A stretch of 64,000 nt of DNA from an uncultured Thermoanaerobaculia bacterium (lineage in GTDB: Bacteria > Acidobacteriota > Thermoanaerobaculia > Multivoradales > JAGPDF01), in assembly GCA_964618415.1 (NCBI GenBank), contig CAZUAT010000007.1, forward strand, positions 929-64,928. The letters are read 5' to 3'. This document shows positions 45,772 to 55,531 of this stretch, piece by piece (the stretch's first letter is position 1; each line of letters begins with the position of its first letter). The notes beneath the pieces were generated by a model, which did not search any database, had not been told where the DNA came from, and worked only from the letters and a program-made list of their open reading frames with translations. Position numbers and translations under genes: made by a program.

Positions 45772-45900
45772 TTCGACGTCGCCACACCTCCGACCGCTCC
45801 TGCCGTTCGGTACCCGCCGCCGCCGCCCGAGAACCGGCAGGGTGACCCGGGTGACCCAACGGACAACCGATCCACCAGGGGACCGACCTACGGACAGCAC

Positions 45901-47262
45901 ATGTTCCGAAAGATCCTGATCGCCAACCGAGGAGAGATCGCGCTGCGGGTCATCCAGGCCTGCCGCGAACTCGGCATCCCGACGGTGGCCGTCTATTCGA
46001 CCGCCGATCGCGACAGTCTGCACGTTACCTACGCGGACGAGGAGGTCTGCATCGGCCCGCCGCCCTCGGGCCAGAGCTACCTCAATATCTCGGCGCTGGT
46101 TTCCGCGGCTGAGATCACGGGTGCCGACGCCATCCATCCCGGCTACGGTTTTCTGGCGGAGAACGCTCATTTCGCCGAGGTACTCGCCGAGTGCGGCCTG
46201 GCGTGGATCGGCCCGCCGCCCGAGGTGATCCGTCGCATGGGCGACAAGGCCGCCGCCCGCCGCACAGCGGTCGACGCGGGTGTGCCGGTGCTGCCCGGTT
46301 CGGGCGACCCGCTCACTTCGGGCGCCGAGGCTCGCGAGCTGGCCGCCGACGTGGGCTATCCGGTCATCCTCAAGGCAGCGGCCGGCGGTGGCGGTCGCGG
46401 CATGCGGATCGTGCGCTCGGAGGCGGATCTCGAGAAGCTGTTCGAAACCGCCTCGAGCGAGGCACAGAAGGCGTTCGGCGACGGTTCGATCTATCTCGAG
46501 AAGTACCTCGAGGAGCCACGCCACATCGAGTTTCAGGTGTTCGGGGACCGATACGGACACGCCATCCACCTCGGTGAGCGCGAGTGCTCGATCCAGCGCC
46601 GGCACCAGAAGATCATCGAGGAGGCGCCCTCGCCGGCTCTCACGCCGGAGCTGCGCGAGCGAATGGGCGAGGCCTCGGTCCGCCTGTGCGAGCACGTCGG
46701 ATACGAGAACGCGGGCACGATCGAGTATCTCCTCGACCGGGACGGCAGCTTCTACTTCATGGAGATGAACACTCGCATCCAGGTCGAGCACCCGGTCACT
46801 GAGATGGTCACCGGCGTCGATCTGGTGAAGCTGCAGATCCAGATCGCCGCCGGCGAGCGTTTGACCGTGCCCTCGGGCCTGAGGCACCGCGGTCACGCGA
46901 TCGAGTGTCGGATCAACGCCGAGGATCCGCGGACGTTCGCGCCGAGCCCCGGCAGGCTGACCACCTTCCACCTGCCGGGCGGCCCCGGTGTGCGGGTCGA
47001 CACCCATGGTTACGAGGACTACGTCGTGCCGCCGCACTACGACTCGCTGGTGGGCAAGCTGATCGCGCACGGCCGGGACCGCGACGAGGCGATCGCCCGC
47101 ATGATGCGAGCCCTCGACTTCTTCGTCATCGAGGGGATCCGGACGATCATCCCGCTGCACCGGGAGATTCTGCGGGACCCGGTTTTCCGGCGCGGGCGCT
47201 TCTCGACACGCTTCATGGAGGAGTTCCAGGCACGGCGCGAGGCGGAGGCTCCCAAGCCGTGA
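45901..47262 (+). CDS. accC: Acetyl-CoA carboxylase biotin carboxylase
   Basis: [71 protein letters not shown]. Confidence 0.98.
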   Translation: MFRKILIANRGEIALRVIQACRELGIPTVAVYSTADRDSLHVTYADEEVCIGPPPSGQSYLNISALVSAAEITGADAIHPGYGFLAENAHFAEVLAECGLAWIGPPPEVIRRMGDKAAARRTAVDAGVPVLPGSGDPLTSGAEARELAADVGYPVILKAAAGGGGRGMRIVRSEADLEKLFETASSEAQKAFGDGSIYLEKYLEEPRHIEFQVFGDRYGHAIHLGERECSIQRRHQKIIEEAPSPALTPELRERMGEASVRLCEHVGYENAGTIEYLLDRDGSFYFMEMNTRIQVEHPVTEMVTGVDLVKLQIQIAAGERLTVPSGLRHRGHAIECRINAEDPRTFAPSPGRLTTFHLPGGPGVRVDTHGYEDYVVPPHYDSLVGKLIAHGRDRDEAIARMMRALDFFVIEGIRTIIPLHREILRDPVFRRGRFSTRFMEEFQARREAEAPKP

Positions 47263-47332
47263 GCACTGCCGGCCCGGGTCGGCCTCGGCGGTCGGGCGGC
47301 GCCCGCCGGCGATGCTCGCCGACGGGACGTAC

Positions 47333-47854
47333 ATGCGGATCTATCTGACGGGGTTCATGGGCGCCGGCAAGACCACCACCGGGGCCGATCTGGCGCGTCT
47401 GCTGGGCTGGCCGCTGATCGACCTGGATGCCGAGGTCGAACGGCGCGCGGGCGTCTCGATCCGCGAAATGTTCGCGACCCGGGGCGAGGCCGAGTTCCGC
47501 CGGCGCGAGCGAGAGGTCCTGCTCGAGACCCGCGCGGGCGGGGACGGAGTCATCGCCGTCGGGGGCGGCACCTTCGTCGACCCGGCCAACCTCACCGCGG
47601 CGCGCGAGGCCGGCACCATCGTGTGGCTGCACCCTTCGTTCGAGACGATCATGCGCCGCATCGGCCCGCTGGGTAAGCAGGATCGCCCGCTGTTTCGCGA
47701 CGAGATCTCCGCTTTTGCCCTCTACCGCGAGCGGCTGCCGTCCTACCGCGCCGCCGACCTGACCGTCGACGTGCGCGACGACGAGACCCCGGCCGAGGTG
47801 GCGGCGCGAATCCGGCTGCTGCTGCGGCTCCCGGAGCGGGCGTGCTCTACCTGA
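47333..47854 (+). CDS. aroK: Shikimate kinase
   Basis: MRIYLTGFMGAGKTT, IDLD..VE, GEAEFR, VIAVGGG, RPL. Confidence 0.93.
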   Translation: MRIYLTGFMGAGKTTTGADLARLLGWPLIDLDAEVERRAGVSIREMFATRGEAEFRRREREVLLETRAGGDGVIAVGGGTFVDPANLTAAREAGTIVWLHPSFETIMRRIGPLGKQDRPLFRDEISAFALYRERLPSYRAADLTVDVRDDETPAEVAARIRLLLRLPERACST

Positions 47855-48588
47855 TCCTCTCGGATCTGCACGGCAATACGACCGCCCTCTCGGCGGTGCT
47901 CCGCCGTGTGCGCCGCAAGCACTTCGACGGCACCTTTCTGCTCGGCGATCTGGTCGGGTACGGTGCCGGCCCGAACCAGGTCGTCGAGGACGTGCGCCGA
48001 CGCCTGCCGGGCCCGGTGTGGAAGATTCGCGGGAACCACGACAAGGTCGTGGCGGGGATCGAGACGGGAGAGAACTTCAACCAGGCAGCGCTGCAGGCGG
48101 CGCGCTGGACCGCGGGCAAGCTGACCGCGGCCAATCTGCGCTTCGTGCGCGAACTCCCTCAGGGGCCGATCGGCGCGCCGGGTGAAGTGACTCTCTGTCA
48201 CGGCTCGCCCGCCGACGAGGACCAGTATCTGTTTTCGGTCTACGAGGCCTGGGAGGCGTTCAACCTCTGGGACGGGCAGGTGGCCTTCTTCGGGCATACC
48301 CACGTGCCGTCGCTGTTCGTTGCCCAGGGGCGGGAGGTCCGCGTCGCCCTGCTCAGCGGGACGACCGGTTCGATCCGCATCGAGCCGGGCCTGCGCTACC
48401 TCATCAACCCGGGTTCAGTCGGCCAGCCCCGCGATCGCGATCCCCGGGCGGCCTACATGACGTTCGACACCGAGAAGCGTCTGGTGCGCTGGCACCGCGT
48501 TCCGTACTCGGTCCAGCGGGCTGGACAGCTGATCCTCGACGCCGGGTTGCCGAAGGTGCTCGCCGACCGGCTCGCGCTCGGCGTCTGA
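47842..48588 (+). CDS. Calcineurin-like metallophosphoesterase
   Basis: SDLHGN, LGDLVGYG, RGNHD, CHGSP, GHTH, NPGSVGQPRD. Confidence 0.92.
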   Translation: MLYLILSDLHGNTTALSAVLRRVRRKHFDGTFLLGDLVGYGAGPNQVVEDVRRRLPGPVWKIRGNHDKVVAGIETGENFNQAALQAARWTAGKLTAANLRFVRELPQGPIGAPGEVTLCHGSPADEDQYLFSVYEAWEAFNLWDGQVAFFGHTHVPSLFVAQGREVRVALLSGTTGSIRIEPGLRYLINPGSVGQPRDRDPRAAYMTFDTEKRLVRWHRVPYSVQRAGQLILDAGLPKVLADRLALGV

Positions 48589-48594
48589 GCCGGA

Positions 48595-50850
48595 TCAGCT
48601 GCCGGGCGTCGCGGCGTCGAGACGGCGCAGCTGACGCGCGCGGGCGATCAGCGCCAGGATGCCGCCGGCCAGCACGACGTACATTCCCCACCAGACGGCC
48701 TGCACGAGCGGCTTGCGCGTCACGTCGAGAGACAGGCGCGGCGGCACGCCTTCTTCGCCTCCCACGCCCTCGAACAGCAGCCGCACGGCGCCGGCTGTCG
48801 CGTCGATCCCGCCGACGGCCACTCGACCGCCGCCGGCGAGGGCGACCGGCGCGAAGTCGACCCGCCCGTCGCCGCTGAATCGATAGGCCGGCTCGAGCCG
48901 TTCGACGGCGCCGTTGCGCGTGATCTCCAGAATCGCGCCCACGGAGACCGGCTGGCCGGCGGCCATCTGTGCGAGGGCATTGCCGTCGTGCTCCAGGTTG
49001 AATCCGACGAACCGGACCTCGGCCTCGCCGATGCGGTCCGACTCACCCTTGCGCAGGGCGAGCCGGGCGATCCCAGCCGGCTGGCCGGGGTCGTACTCGA
49101 GCGGCGACAGGTACAGGTCCGCGAGCATCGTGCTGCGGATGTCGGGATTGACCATCAGCTGCCGCGTCCGCTGGTTGGCAAAGATCGCCGGGTGCGCCGT
49201 CCAGATCGTCTCGCCGTTGCGGCGGACGGTCACTTCGGTGCGCTCTTTCTGAAAGCCCTGGCGCTCGATGAACCGTTCGAAGGTCAGCGTGTAAGCGCCG
49301 ACATCGACCGGCTGGCCGCGCAGCAGGGTCACCTTGACGCTCTCGTCGTACGCCGACGAGGCGAGAAATCCGACCAGCATGATCCCGACGCCGACGTGGG
49401 CGAGGTAGCCGCCGGCGCTCGCCAGCTTGCCGTTGCGCGCCAGCTGCGCGACGCGGAGCAGGTTGTTGGCGAGGGCCGAGCAGGCCAGCAGCAGGAAGAG
49501 CACATGGAACGGATCGTGGACGCCGAGGCCGATCGCGCCACAGGTGGCGAGGAAGCCGAACGCAATGCCCGGCAGCGCCTTGCGCAGGATTGCCCGCCAG
49601 GTCTCCTCACCGCGCCAGGTCAGAAACGGCACCAGCGCGAGCAGAAAGGCGATCAGCAGGGCGATCGGAAGATTGACGCGGTTGTAGAACTCGGGGCCGA
49701 CCTGGCCGGGGTTCTCCATGAAGCGAGTGAGCAGCGGCGCCGACGTCCCCAGCGTCACGACGGTCGCGCAGGCGAGCAGAGCGACGCTCGCCAGCACCAG
49801 GAAGGTGCCGCGCGACAGGCCCGGGTCGACGTTGGTACCGGTTTCGACCGAGGACAGCCGGGTGCCGAGCAGGATCACCGCCATGCCGCCGAACAGCGCC
49901 ATGATGGCGATCAGCCAGCCGGAGATGCCGAGGTCGACGAAGCTGTGTACGGAGAAGTCGGCCAGAACGCCCGAGCGGGTCAGGAAGGTGCCGTAGAGCA
50001 CCGACAGGAAGACCAGCGCCGCCAGCACCAGGTTGAGGCGCCGGAAGCGGCCGCGGGTACGCTCCAGGTAGAGGCCGTGGACCAGCGCCGTGCCGAACAG
50101 CCAGGGGATGAGCGAAGCGTTCTCCACCGGGTCCCAGCCCCAGAAGCCGCCCCAGCCGAGAGTGGCGTACGCCCAGTAGCCGCCGAGCAGGATCGCGCCG
50201 CCCAGCACCAGGAATCCGGCCAGCGCCCAGGGGAAGGCGCGGGTGGCCCACTCGGACGTGTCTCGCCGCAGCAGCGCCGACATCGCGAAAGCAAACGGGA
50301 CGGCCGCCAGGGCGTAGCCGACGAACATGATCGGCGGGTGGATCACCATCCAGTTGTCCTGCAACAACGGATTGAGCCCCTGGCCGTCCACCGGCGCATG
50401 GCCGAGCATCGTGAACGGGTTCTCGCGCACCAGGATCAAGAGCAGCCCGAGCTGGGCGAGCAGGTAGATGCCCATGACCGAGGGCTCCTGCCGGCCGGTG
50501 GTGCGCATCAGCGGCAGACCGATCAGGGCGCCGAAAAGCAGCCAGATCAGGAAGCTGCCTTTCTGACCGGCCCAGAAGGCGGCGAGCTGGAAATACCACG
50601 GCAGGTCGAGGCCGGAGTACTGGAAGACGTAGTCGATACGGAAGTCCCGACGCCCGAGCGCCAGCAGCAGCAGCAGCGACGCGCCGACGATGGCGAGGGT
50701 GAAGCAGAGGTAGGCGCGACGCGCGAACGGCCGCGCCGACGCGTCGCCGCGGTACAGGTCGAGCCAGCCCCACAGAGCGGCCAGCGCGAAGGCGAGCGCG
50801 CACCAGAGCGCCACGGCCCCGGGCAGATACAGTCCTGCGAGTCCGTCCAT
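48595..50850 (-). CDS. ccmF: Cytochrome c biogenesis heme lyase CcmF
   Basis: FWAGQKGSFLIW, GLNPLLQDNWMVIHPP, WAYATLGWGGFWGWDPVENASLIPWL, GTFLTRSG...SVHSF; C-terminal periplasmic domain. Confidence 0.95.
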   Translation of the reverse strand: MDGLAGLYLPGAVALWCALAFALAALWGWLDLYRGDASARPFARRAYLCFTLAIVGASLLLLLALGRRDFRIDYVFQYSGLDLPWYFQLAAFWAGQKGSFLIWLLFGALIGLPLMRTTGRQEPSVMGIYLLAQLGLLLILVRENPFTMLGHAPVDGQGLNPLLQDNWMVIHPPIMFVGYALAAVPFAFAMSALLRRDTSEWATRAFPWALAGFLVLGGAILLGGYWAYATLGWGGFWGWDPVENASLIPWLFGTALVHGLYLERTRGRFRRLNLVLAALVFLSVLYGTFLTRSGVLADFSVHSFVDLGISGWLIAIMALFGGMAVILLGTRLSSVETGTNVDPGLSRGTFLVLASVALLACATVVTLGTSAPLLTRFMENPGQVGPEFYNRVNLPIALLIAFLLALVPFLTWRGEETWRAILRKALPGIAFGFLATCGAIGLGVHDPFHVLFLLLACSALANNLLRVAQLARNGKLASAGGYLAHVGVGIMLVGFLASSAYDESVKVTLLRGQPVDVGAYTLTFERFIERQGFQKERTEVTVRRNGETIWTAHPAIFANQRTRQLMVNPDIRSTMLADLYLSPLEYDPGQPAGIARLALRKGESDRIGEAEVRFVGFNLEHDGNALAQMAAGQPVSVGAILEITRNGAVERLEPAYRFSGDGRVDFAPVALAGGGRVAVGGIDATAGAVRLLFEGVGGEEGVPPRLSLDVTRKPLVQAVWWGMYVVLAGGILALIARARQLRRLDAATPGS

Positions 50851-50888
50851 CAGTTCCACCGCCGCGGCCGCCGGCTGTTGTGCATCAT
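50850..50888 (-). other. Candidate 12-aa mini-ORF MMHNSRRPRRWN bridging ccmE and ccmF
   Basis: AAGGAG SD 5 nt before ATG 50888; ATGA overlap with the ccmE stop; TGATG overlap with the ccmF start. Confidence 0.35.
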
Positions 50889-51286
50889 GAGTACTCCTTG
50901 ACCTCGACTTCGGCGCCCTGGTACTTGCTCGGGCACTTGACGAGCAGCTTCCCGGCGGCGAAGCGGGAGGCGGCGGCGTCCCAGCGCCCGATGGCAACGA
51001 TCGAGATCGCGTCCTCGAAGTTGGCCGGCTTTACGCCGTCGTACTCGACCTCGAGGCGCTCGCCGGTCGTCGGGTCGAGGAGTCGAAAACGCAGCCTGGA
51101 CGACTCGGTGTCGTAGCTGGTGCTGCCCTTGTCGAGCGACCCGGCCACCTGCACGGTGCGCCCGGCGCGGCGGGCCTCTTCATAGGACACGTAGGGAGTC
51201 AGGCTGGAACGGAACGAGGCGAACGCGAAACTCGCGAACACCGCCAGCAGCACGAAGCCCATGATGGTCCAGCCGCGGCGGCTCAT
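50885..51286 (-). CDS. ccmE: Heme chaperone CcmE, CxxxY variant
   Basis: N-terminal transmembrane helix, LTPYVS, VQVAG, VEYDGVKPANF, LLVKCPSKY. Confidence 0.92.
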   Translation of the reverse strand: MSRRGWTIMGFVLLAVFASFAFASFRSSLTPYVSYEEARRAGRTVQVAGSLDKGSTSYDTESSRLRFRLLDPTTGERLEVEYDGVKPANFEDAISIVAIGRWDAAASRFAAGKLLVKCPSKYQGAEVEVKEYS

Positions 51287-51393
51287 CGCTGCTGCTCCAG
51301 CTCGTCCAGGCGGCGATCGATCCGATACAGGTACCAGACCAGCCCGGACCAGATGACGAGGTTGACGGCAGTGACCCAGATCGGTCCACCCAT
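51283..51393 (-). CDS. ccmD: CcmD-like small membrane protein
   Basis: 36 aa, MGGPIWVTAVNLVIWSGLVWYLYRIDRRLDELEQQR; coupled between ccmC and ccmE. Confidence 0.8.
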   Translation of the reverse strand: MGGPIWVTAVNLVIWSGLVWYLYRIDRRLDELEQQR

Positions 51394-52073
51394 CAGACGA
51401 TCCTTTCGCGGTGAGCATGCGCGGCGGTCTCGGCGCGTCGGCGCAGGCGGTGGAGGAGGAAGTAGAACAGCGTGAAACCGCACATGCTGGCCAGCAGCAC
51501 CGTCAGCATGCGCGGCTCGACCTCGACCTCGCCGCTCCGGTTGACGACGGGCTCCGGATGCAGGGAGAAGCCGAGGCGCGGCAGCACCCAGTAGAAGAAC
51601 GGCGCCACCACCAGCCCGAGAGATGCGTAGGCGGCGGCCAGCCGGCCGCGCGACTGCGGATCGGCGACTGCGGCTCGCAGCGCCAGGTAGGCGGCGTAGA
51701 AGAGCAGCGCCACCACGATCGAAGTCTGCCGCGGGTCCCAGTTCCACCAGCTGCCCCACTCGATGCGGGCCCAGATGGCGCCGCTGACGGTGGCCAGCAC
51801 CGCGAACAGCAGACCGATTTCGACCGCGGCCGCCGCCGAACGGTCGTGGCGTGCTTCCCGCGCACCGGCCAGGTAGCGCACGCTGGACACCCCGGCGGCC
51901 ATGAAGGCGACAAAGGAGACCCACGCCACCGGCACGTGGAAGAAGAGAATCCGACTCGAGTCGCCCTGGAACCCTTCGGCCAGCGGCGCCCAGTGGTAGG
52001 CGGCGACGATGACCGCGCACATCCACAGCCAGCAGAGGCAGAGGAGCAGCGACGACGGGGCAGGCCTTCTCAT
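51393..52073 (-). CDS. ccmC: Heme exporter CcmC
   Basis: ILFFHVPVAW, SGAIWA..EWGSWWNWDPRQT, SLHP. Confidence 0.94.
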   Translation of the reverse strand: MRRPAPSSLLLCLCWLWMCAVIVAAYHWAPLAEGFQGDSSRILFFHVPVAWVSFVAFMAAGVSSVRYLAGAREARHDRSAAAAVEIGLLFAVLATVSGAIWARIEWGSWWNWDPRQTSIVVALLFYAAYLALRAAVADPQSRGRLAAAYASLGLVVAPFFYWVLPRLGFSLHPEPVVNRSGEVEVEPRMLTVLLASMCGFTLFYFLLHRLRRRAETAAHAHRERIV

Positions 52074-52750
52074 GGGTTCCAGATCGCGGGGAAGAGGAGG
52101 AAGCCCGCGACCACGACGGAGCCATCATACAGGAGCAGCTGCGTCAGAACGGGCCCCGCGGCGGCCTCGGCGACGAGGGCCGAGCGTGTCGCGGCTACCG
52201 CCAGGACGGCCAGCGGGACGAGCAACGGGAAGGCGAGCGCGGCGAAGAGCGTGGTGGCGCCGCGGCCCTGGGCAACGATTGCCGCCAGCACGGTCGTCGC
52301 TGCGGCCAGGCCCAGTCCACCGGCCGCCAGCGCGGCGACGAAGCGGCCCGGCGCCGCCACCTGCAGGTCGAACAACGCCACCGCGAGCGGTGCTGCGATC
52401 GCCTCGAGCAGGGCGATCAGCGAGCCGACCCAGAGCAGCTTGCCGGCGAACACCGCAGACGGCCGCGCTGCCAGGCGGAGCGCCGCGGCAGTTCGCGCCT
52501 CTTCCTCGTGCACGAACGCCCGCGGCAGGCCGGCGGCGGCGGCGAACAGCAGCAGGATCCAGAGCAGGGCCGCGACTACCTCGGCGCGCCCGTCGGCAGG
52601 ACCGGCGAGGGGCCCGAGCGCCAGGCTGGCAATCAGCAGCGTCGACAGGGAGAACAGCACCAGCGAGGTCACGGAGTGTCGGGCGCGAGCTTCGCTGCGC
52701 CAGTCCTTACCGAAGACCGCCAGCGCTTCAGCCAGCCAGGTCGACTTCAC
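52070..52750 (-). CDS. ccmB: Heme exporter CcmB
   Basis: KDWRSEAR, LWILLLFA, FVHEEE..T, GKLL, LAFPLLVP; six transmembrane segments. Confidence 0.9.
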   Translation of the reverse strand: MKSTWLAEALAVFGKDWRSEARARHSVTSLVLFSLSTLLIASLALGPLAGPADGRAEVVAALLWILLLFAAAAGLPRAFVHEEEARTAAALRLAARPSAVFAGKLLWVGSLIALLEAIAAPLAVALFDLQVAAPGRFVAALAAGGLGLAAATTVLAAIVAQGRGATTLFAALAFPLLVPLAVLAVAATRSALVAEAAAGPVLTQLLLYDGSVVVAGFLLFPAIWNP

Positions 52751-53342
52751 CGGCCACTCCGGGCAGCGCGATCGCGGCCGGGCTCGCCACCACGGCGAGC
52801 CCGCCCGAGGCCAGATGTTCGTCGAGCAGGGCGCGGGCGGTCTGCACGCCGGCCTCGTCTAGGTTCTGGAACGGCTCGTCGAGCAGCAACACGCAAGGAG
52901 CGTGGAGCAGTGCGAAGACCCACCGCATGCGCTGCTGCATACCCGACGAGAGGACGCGCCACGGACGCTGCGGCGGCAGTTCGAATCGCGCCGTCAGCCG
53001 GGAGGCCAGGTCCGGCGAGACGCCGCGCAGGCTGGCGAAAAGCTCACCGTTCTCGCGCACGGTCAGTTCCTCGTAGAGCGCCAGGTCGGGAGCCAGGTAG
53101 CCGGCGCGCCGCCGCCGGTGCGCGGTGTCGAAGTCGAGTCCGTGCTCGCGGACCCGGATGTCGCCGCGGTCGGGCGCCAGCAGGCCCGCCAGACAGCGCA
53201 GCAGCGTCGACTTGCCGCTGCCGTTCGGCCCGCGCACCGCCAGCAGGCCGCCCTCCTCGACCTCGCCCGACACGTCGCGCAGGACCGGGAGCGCGTCGAA
53301 GCGGCGGCTCAGGCCGACAAAGGAAAGGCTCGTTGCGACCAC
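52728..53342 (-). CDS. ccmA: Heme exporter ATP-binding protein CcmA
   Basis: Walker A GPNGSGKST, signature LSSGMQQR, LLLDEP; first gene of the ccm operon. Confidence 0.92.
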   Translation of the reverse strand: MVATSLSFVGLSRRFDALPVLRDVSGEVEEGGLLAVRGPNGSGKSTLLRCLAGLLAPDRGDIRVREHGLDFDTAHRRRRAGYLAPDLALYEELTVRENGELFASLRGVSPDLASRLTARFELPPQRPWRVLSSGMQQRMRWVFALLHAPCVLLLDEPFQNLDEAGVQTARALLDEHLASGGLAVVASPAAIALPGVAGEVDLAG

Positions 53343-53386
53343 CGGAGCAGCCTATCGGATCGGCAGCGGGCGGATTAGCATCGGGT
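53343..53386. promoter_or_regulatory. 44-bp divergent intergenic region with two leaderless-type -10 elements
   Basis: Minus strand: TAGGCT (53354-53349), 6 nt, GTG 53342. Plus strand: TAGCAT (53376-53381), 5 nt, ATG 53387. Confidence 0.6.
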
Positions 53387-55426
53387 ATGACTTCGTCTGC
53401 ACGCCAGGTGACGTGGCTGTTCCTGCTCGCTCCGACGCTGGTGCTGGCCGCCTGCCGGTCGACAACGGCGCCGCCGCCGCAGCCCGGGCCGACACCGGAC
53501 CTCGCCGCCCCCGATGCCGGCACGCTCGAGAGCCGGGCCATGCTGCTGCTGATGGCGGACCGGCGCCTCTACGACTCCACAGCCCTCGAGCTGATGCTCT
53601 CCGGGCCGGTGGAGGTCCGGCGCCAGCTGGCGGTGACCCTCGGACAGATCGGAGACGTGCGCGGCCGCAGCCTGCTCCAGGGGCTGCTGGTCGATATCGA
53701 CAATGAGGTTCGGAGTGCGGCGGCGTTCGCGCTCGGGGAGCTGGGCGCGCCGGAGGCTCGGCGGGCGCTGATCGTGGCAGCAGTCGACGACGATCCGGCC
53801 GTCGGCCGCCTGGCGGTCGAAGCGCTCGGCAAGATCGGGGCCCCGCTGGCGGAGGTCCGTCGCGCGCTCGGGGCCCTGGAGGCAGACGAGGCGTGGGCGC
53901 GCCTCGCCCCGTCCCTGTTCCGCTTCCGCGAGCCGGCGACCGTCGACGCGGCCGTCGAGGGGCTTACCCGAACCGAGCTCGCGGTGCGCGCCGGCAGTGC
54001 CTATGCCCTTGGCCGCGAGCCTCGACCGGACGGGGCCGAGGCGCTTCGGGGCCTGCTGACGGACGACGATCCATTCGTGCGCGCCTGGGCGGCGCGCGGT
54101 CTCGGGGAGGTGGGCGGCCTCGGCGACCTGGCGCGGCTGCTGCCGCTGCTCGACGACGCAGAGCTGTCGCCGCGCGTGCAGGCGATGCGCGCCGGGGCGC
54201 GCCTTCTCGCCCGCTTCGAGGCGCTGCCGCCGCTCGACTGGGGAGACCGGCTCGCAGCGGCAGTCGACGACGCGCAGCCGGGCGCCGCCGCCACGGCGAT
54301 CGAGGCCGCCGGCCGGTTCCTGCCGCACCCGGAGCTCGAGGCACGACTTCGCAAGGCGCTCGACGACGGCGAGCCCCGCCAGCGCGAGCTGGCTCTGCTG
54401 GCGCTCGCGACTGGCGGTGTCGACGATGCGGCCGGCCTCGTCACTGCCGCGGCGAGTGCCGGGGAGCGGTTGATGCGCGCCCGCGCCGCAGAAGCGGCGG
54501 CCCGCCTCGGCGACCTCGACACCCTCCTGGCCCTGCAACTCGATCCCGAGGCGATGGTGCGCGTGGCAGCGCTCGAGGGGTTGGCGAGGGGCGCCGGCGG
54601 CGCGCTGGGAGACCTGGTGCGCCGGAGCCTGCGCGACTCCGACCCGACGGTGCGCGCCACCGCGCTGGACCTGCTGGCGGGGGAGCCGGTGCTCGCGGCT
54701 GCCGAGCTGGCGCCGGTGATCGACGCCGAACGCGGAGAGCGAATGAACGATGCCCGGCTGGCGGGAATTCGGGCGCTGGTGTCGCGGGGGCGGGCGGAGG
54801 AGTCCGAGCGGGCCGCGGTCGTCGAGGCGCTGCTGCGGCTCCTCGAGGACGAGGACCCGCTGGCGCGGCGGGAGGCCGCGGCCGGGCTGGCGGGACTGGG
54901 AGAGGCGCGGCCGGGGATCGGCGCTGCCGCTCCTCTCCACGGCCTGGGCTACTACCGTCAGGTGTTGCTGCAGACCACCGCAGCGCGGCGCGTTCGCGTG
55001 GTCACCGAACGGGGCCCGGTGGAGATCGAACTGACCTGTCCGCAGACGCCGCTCACCTGCCTGTCGTTCTTGCAGCTCGCCGGGCAGCGCTACTTCGACG
55101 GGCTGACGTTCCACCGCGTGGTCCCGGACTTCGTCGTCCAGGGGGGCGATCCGCGCGGCGACGGCTGGGGCGGGCCCGGCTACACCCTGCGGGACGAGGT
55201 CCATCCCCTCCGCTTCGAGCGCGGCGTGCTCGGCATGGCGTTGTCGGGCCCGGACACGGGCGGCAGCCAGTTCTTCCTGACCCTTTCGCCGCAGCCGCAC
55301 CTGGATGGTGGGTTCACCGCCTTCGGCCGCGTGGTGTCCGGCCTCGATCGGCTCGACCAGATCCGCCAGGGCGACCGGATCCTGGAGGTTCGGGAGATTC
55401 CTGGCGGCGGCGGCCCGGTCCGCTAA
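53387..55426 (+). CDS. Lipoprotein with HEAT repeats and a C-terminal cyclophilin-type PPIase domain
   Basis: Lipobox VLAA-C; repeated VR..AA.ALG motifs; YFDGLTFHRVVPDFVVQGGDPRGDG.GGPGY, GMA.SG.DTGGSQFF, PHLDGGFTAFG.V. Confidence 0.92.
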   Translation: MTSSARQVTWLFLLAPTLVLAACRSTTAPPPQPGPTPDLAAPDAGTLESRAMLLLMADRRLYDSTALELMLSGPVEVRRQLAVTLGQIGDVRGRSLLQGLLVDIDNEVRSAAAFALGELGAPEARRALIVAAVDDDPAVGRLAVEALGKIGAPLAEVRRALGALEADEAWARLAPSLFRFREPATVDAAVEGLTRTELAVRAGSAYALGREPRPDGAEALRGLLTDDDPFVRAWAARGLGEVGGLGDLARLLPLLDDAELSPRVQAMRAGARLLARFEALPPLDWGDRLAAAVDDAQPGAAATAIEAAGRFLPHPELEARLRKALDDGEPRQRELALLALATGGVDDAAGLVTAAASAGERLMRARAAEAAARLGDLDTLLALQLDPEAMVRVAALEGLARGAGGALGDLVRRSLRDSDPTVRATALDLLAGEPVLAAAELAPVIDAERGERMNDARLAGIRALVSRGRAEESERAAVVEALLRLLEDEDPLARREAAAGLAGLGEARPGIGAAAPLHGLGYYRQVLLQTTAARRVRVVTERGPVEIELTCPQTPLTCLSFLQLAGQRYFDGLTFHRVVPDFVVQGGDPRGDGWGGPGYTLRDEVHPLRFERGVLGMALSGPDTGGSQFFLTLSPQPHLDGGFTAFGRVVSGLDRLDQIRQGDRILEVREIPGGGGPVR

Positions 55427-55498
55427 GATCGCCGCTCCCATGCCTCTGGCGGCCGCCGCGCCCCTGCGCCCCCGGTAGCGGCGCCCGACCGTCCGATC

Positions 55499-55525
55499 TG
55501 CAACCTTCCGCGAACCGGAGACGTA
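55499..55525 (+). promoter_or_regulatory. ECF-type (SigW-like) autoregulatory promoter
   Basis: TGCAACC, N16, CGTA, then 6 nt to the ATG of the ECF gene. Confidence 0.65.
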
Positions 55526-55531
55526 CTTCGA

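Noticed and set aside
45840-45857. GGGTGACCC x2 in the accB-accC spacer
   Set aside because: Short GC-rich duplication with no promoter context; likely neutral.
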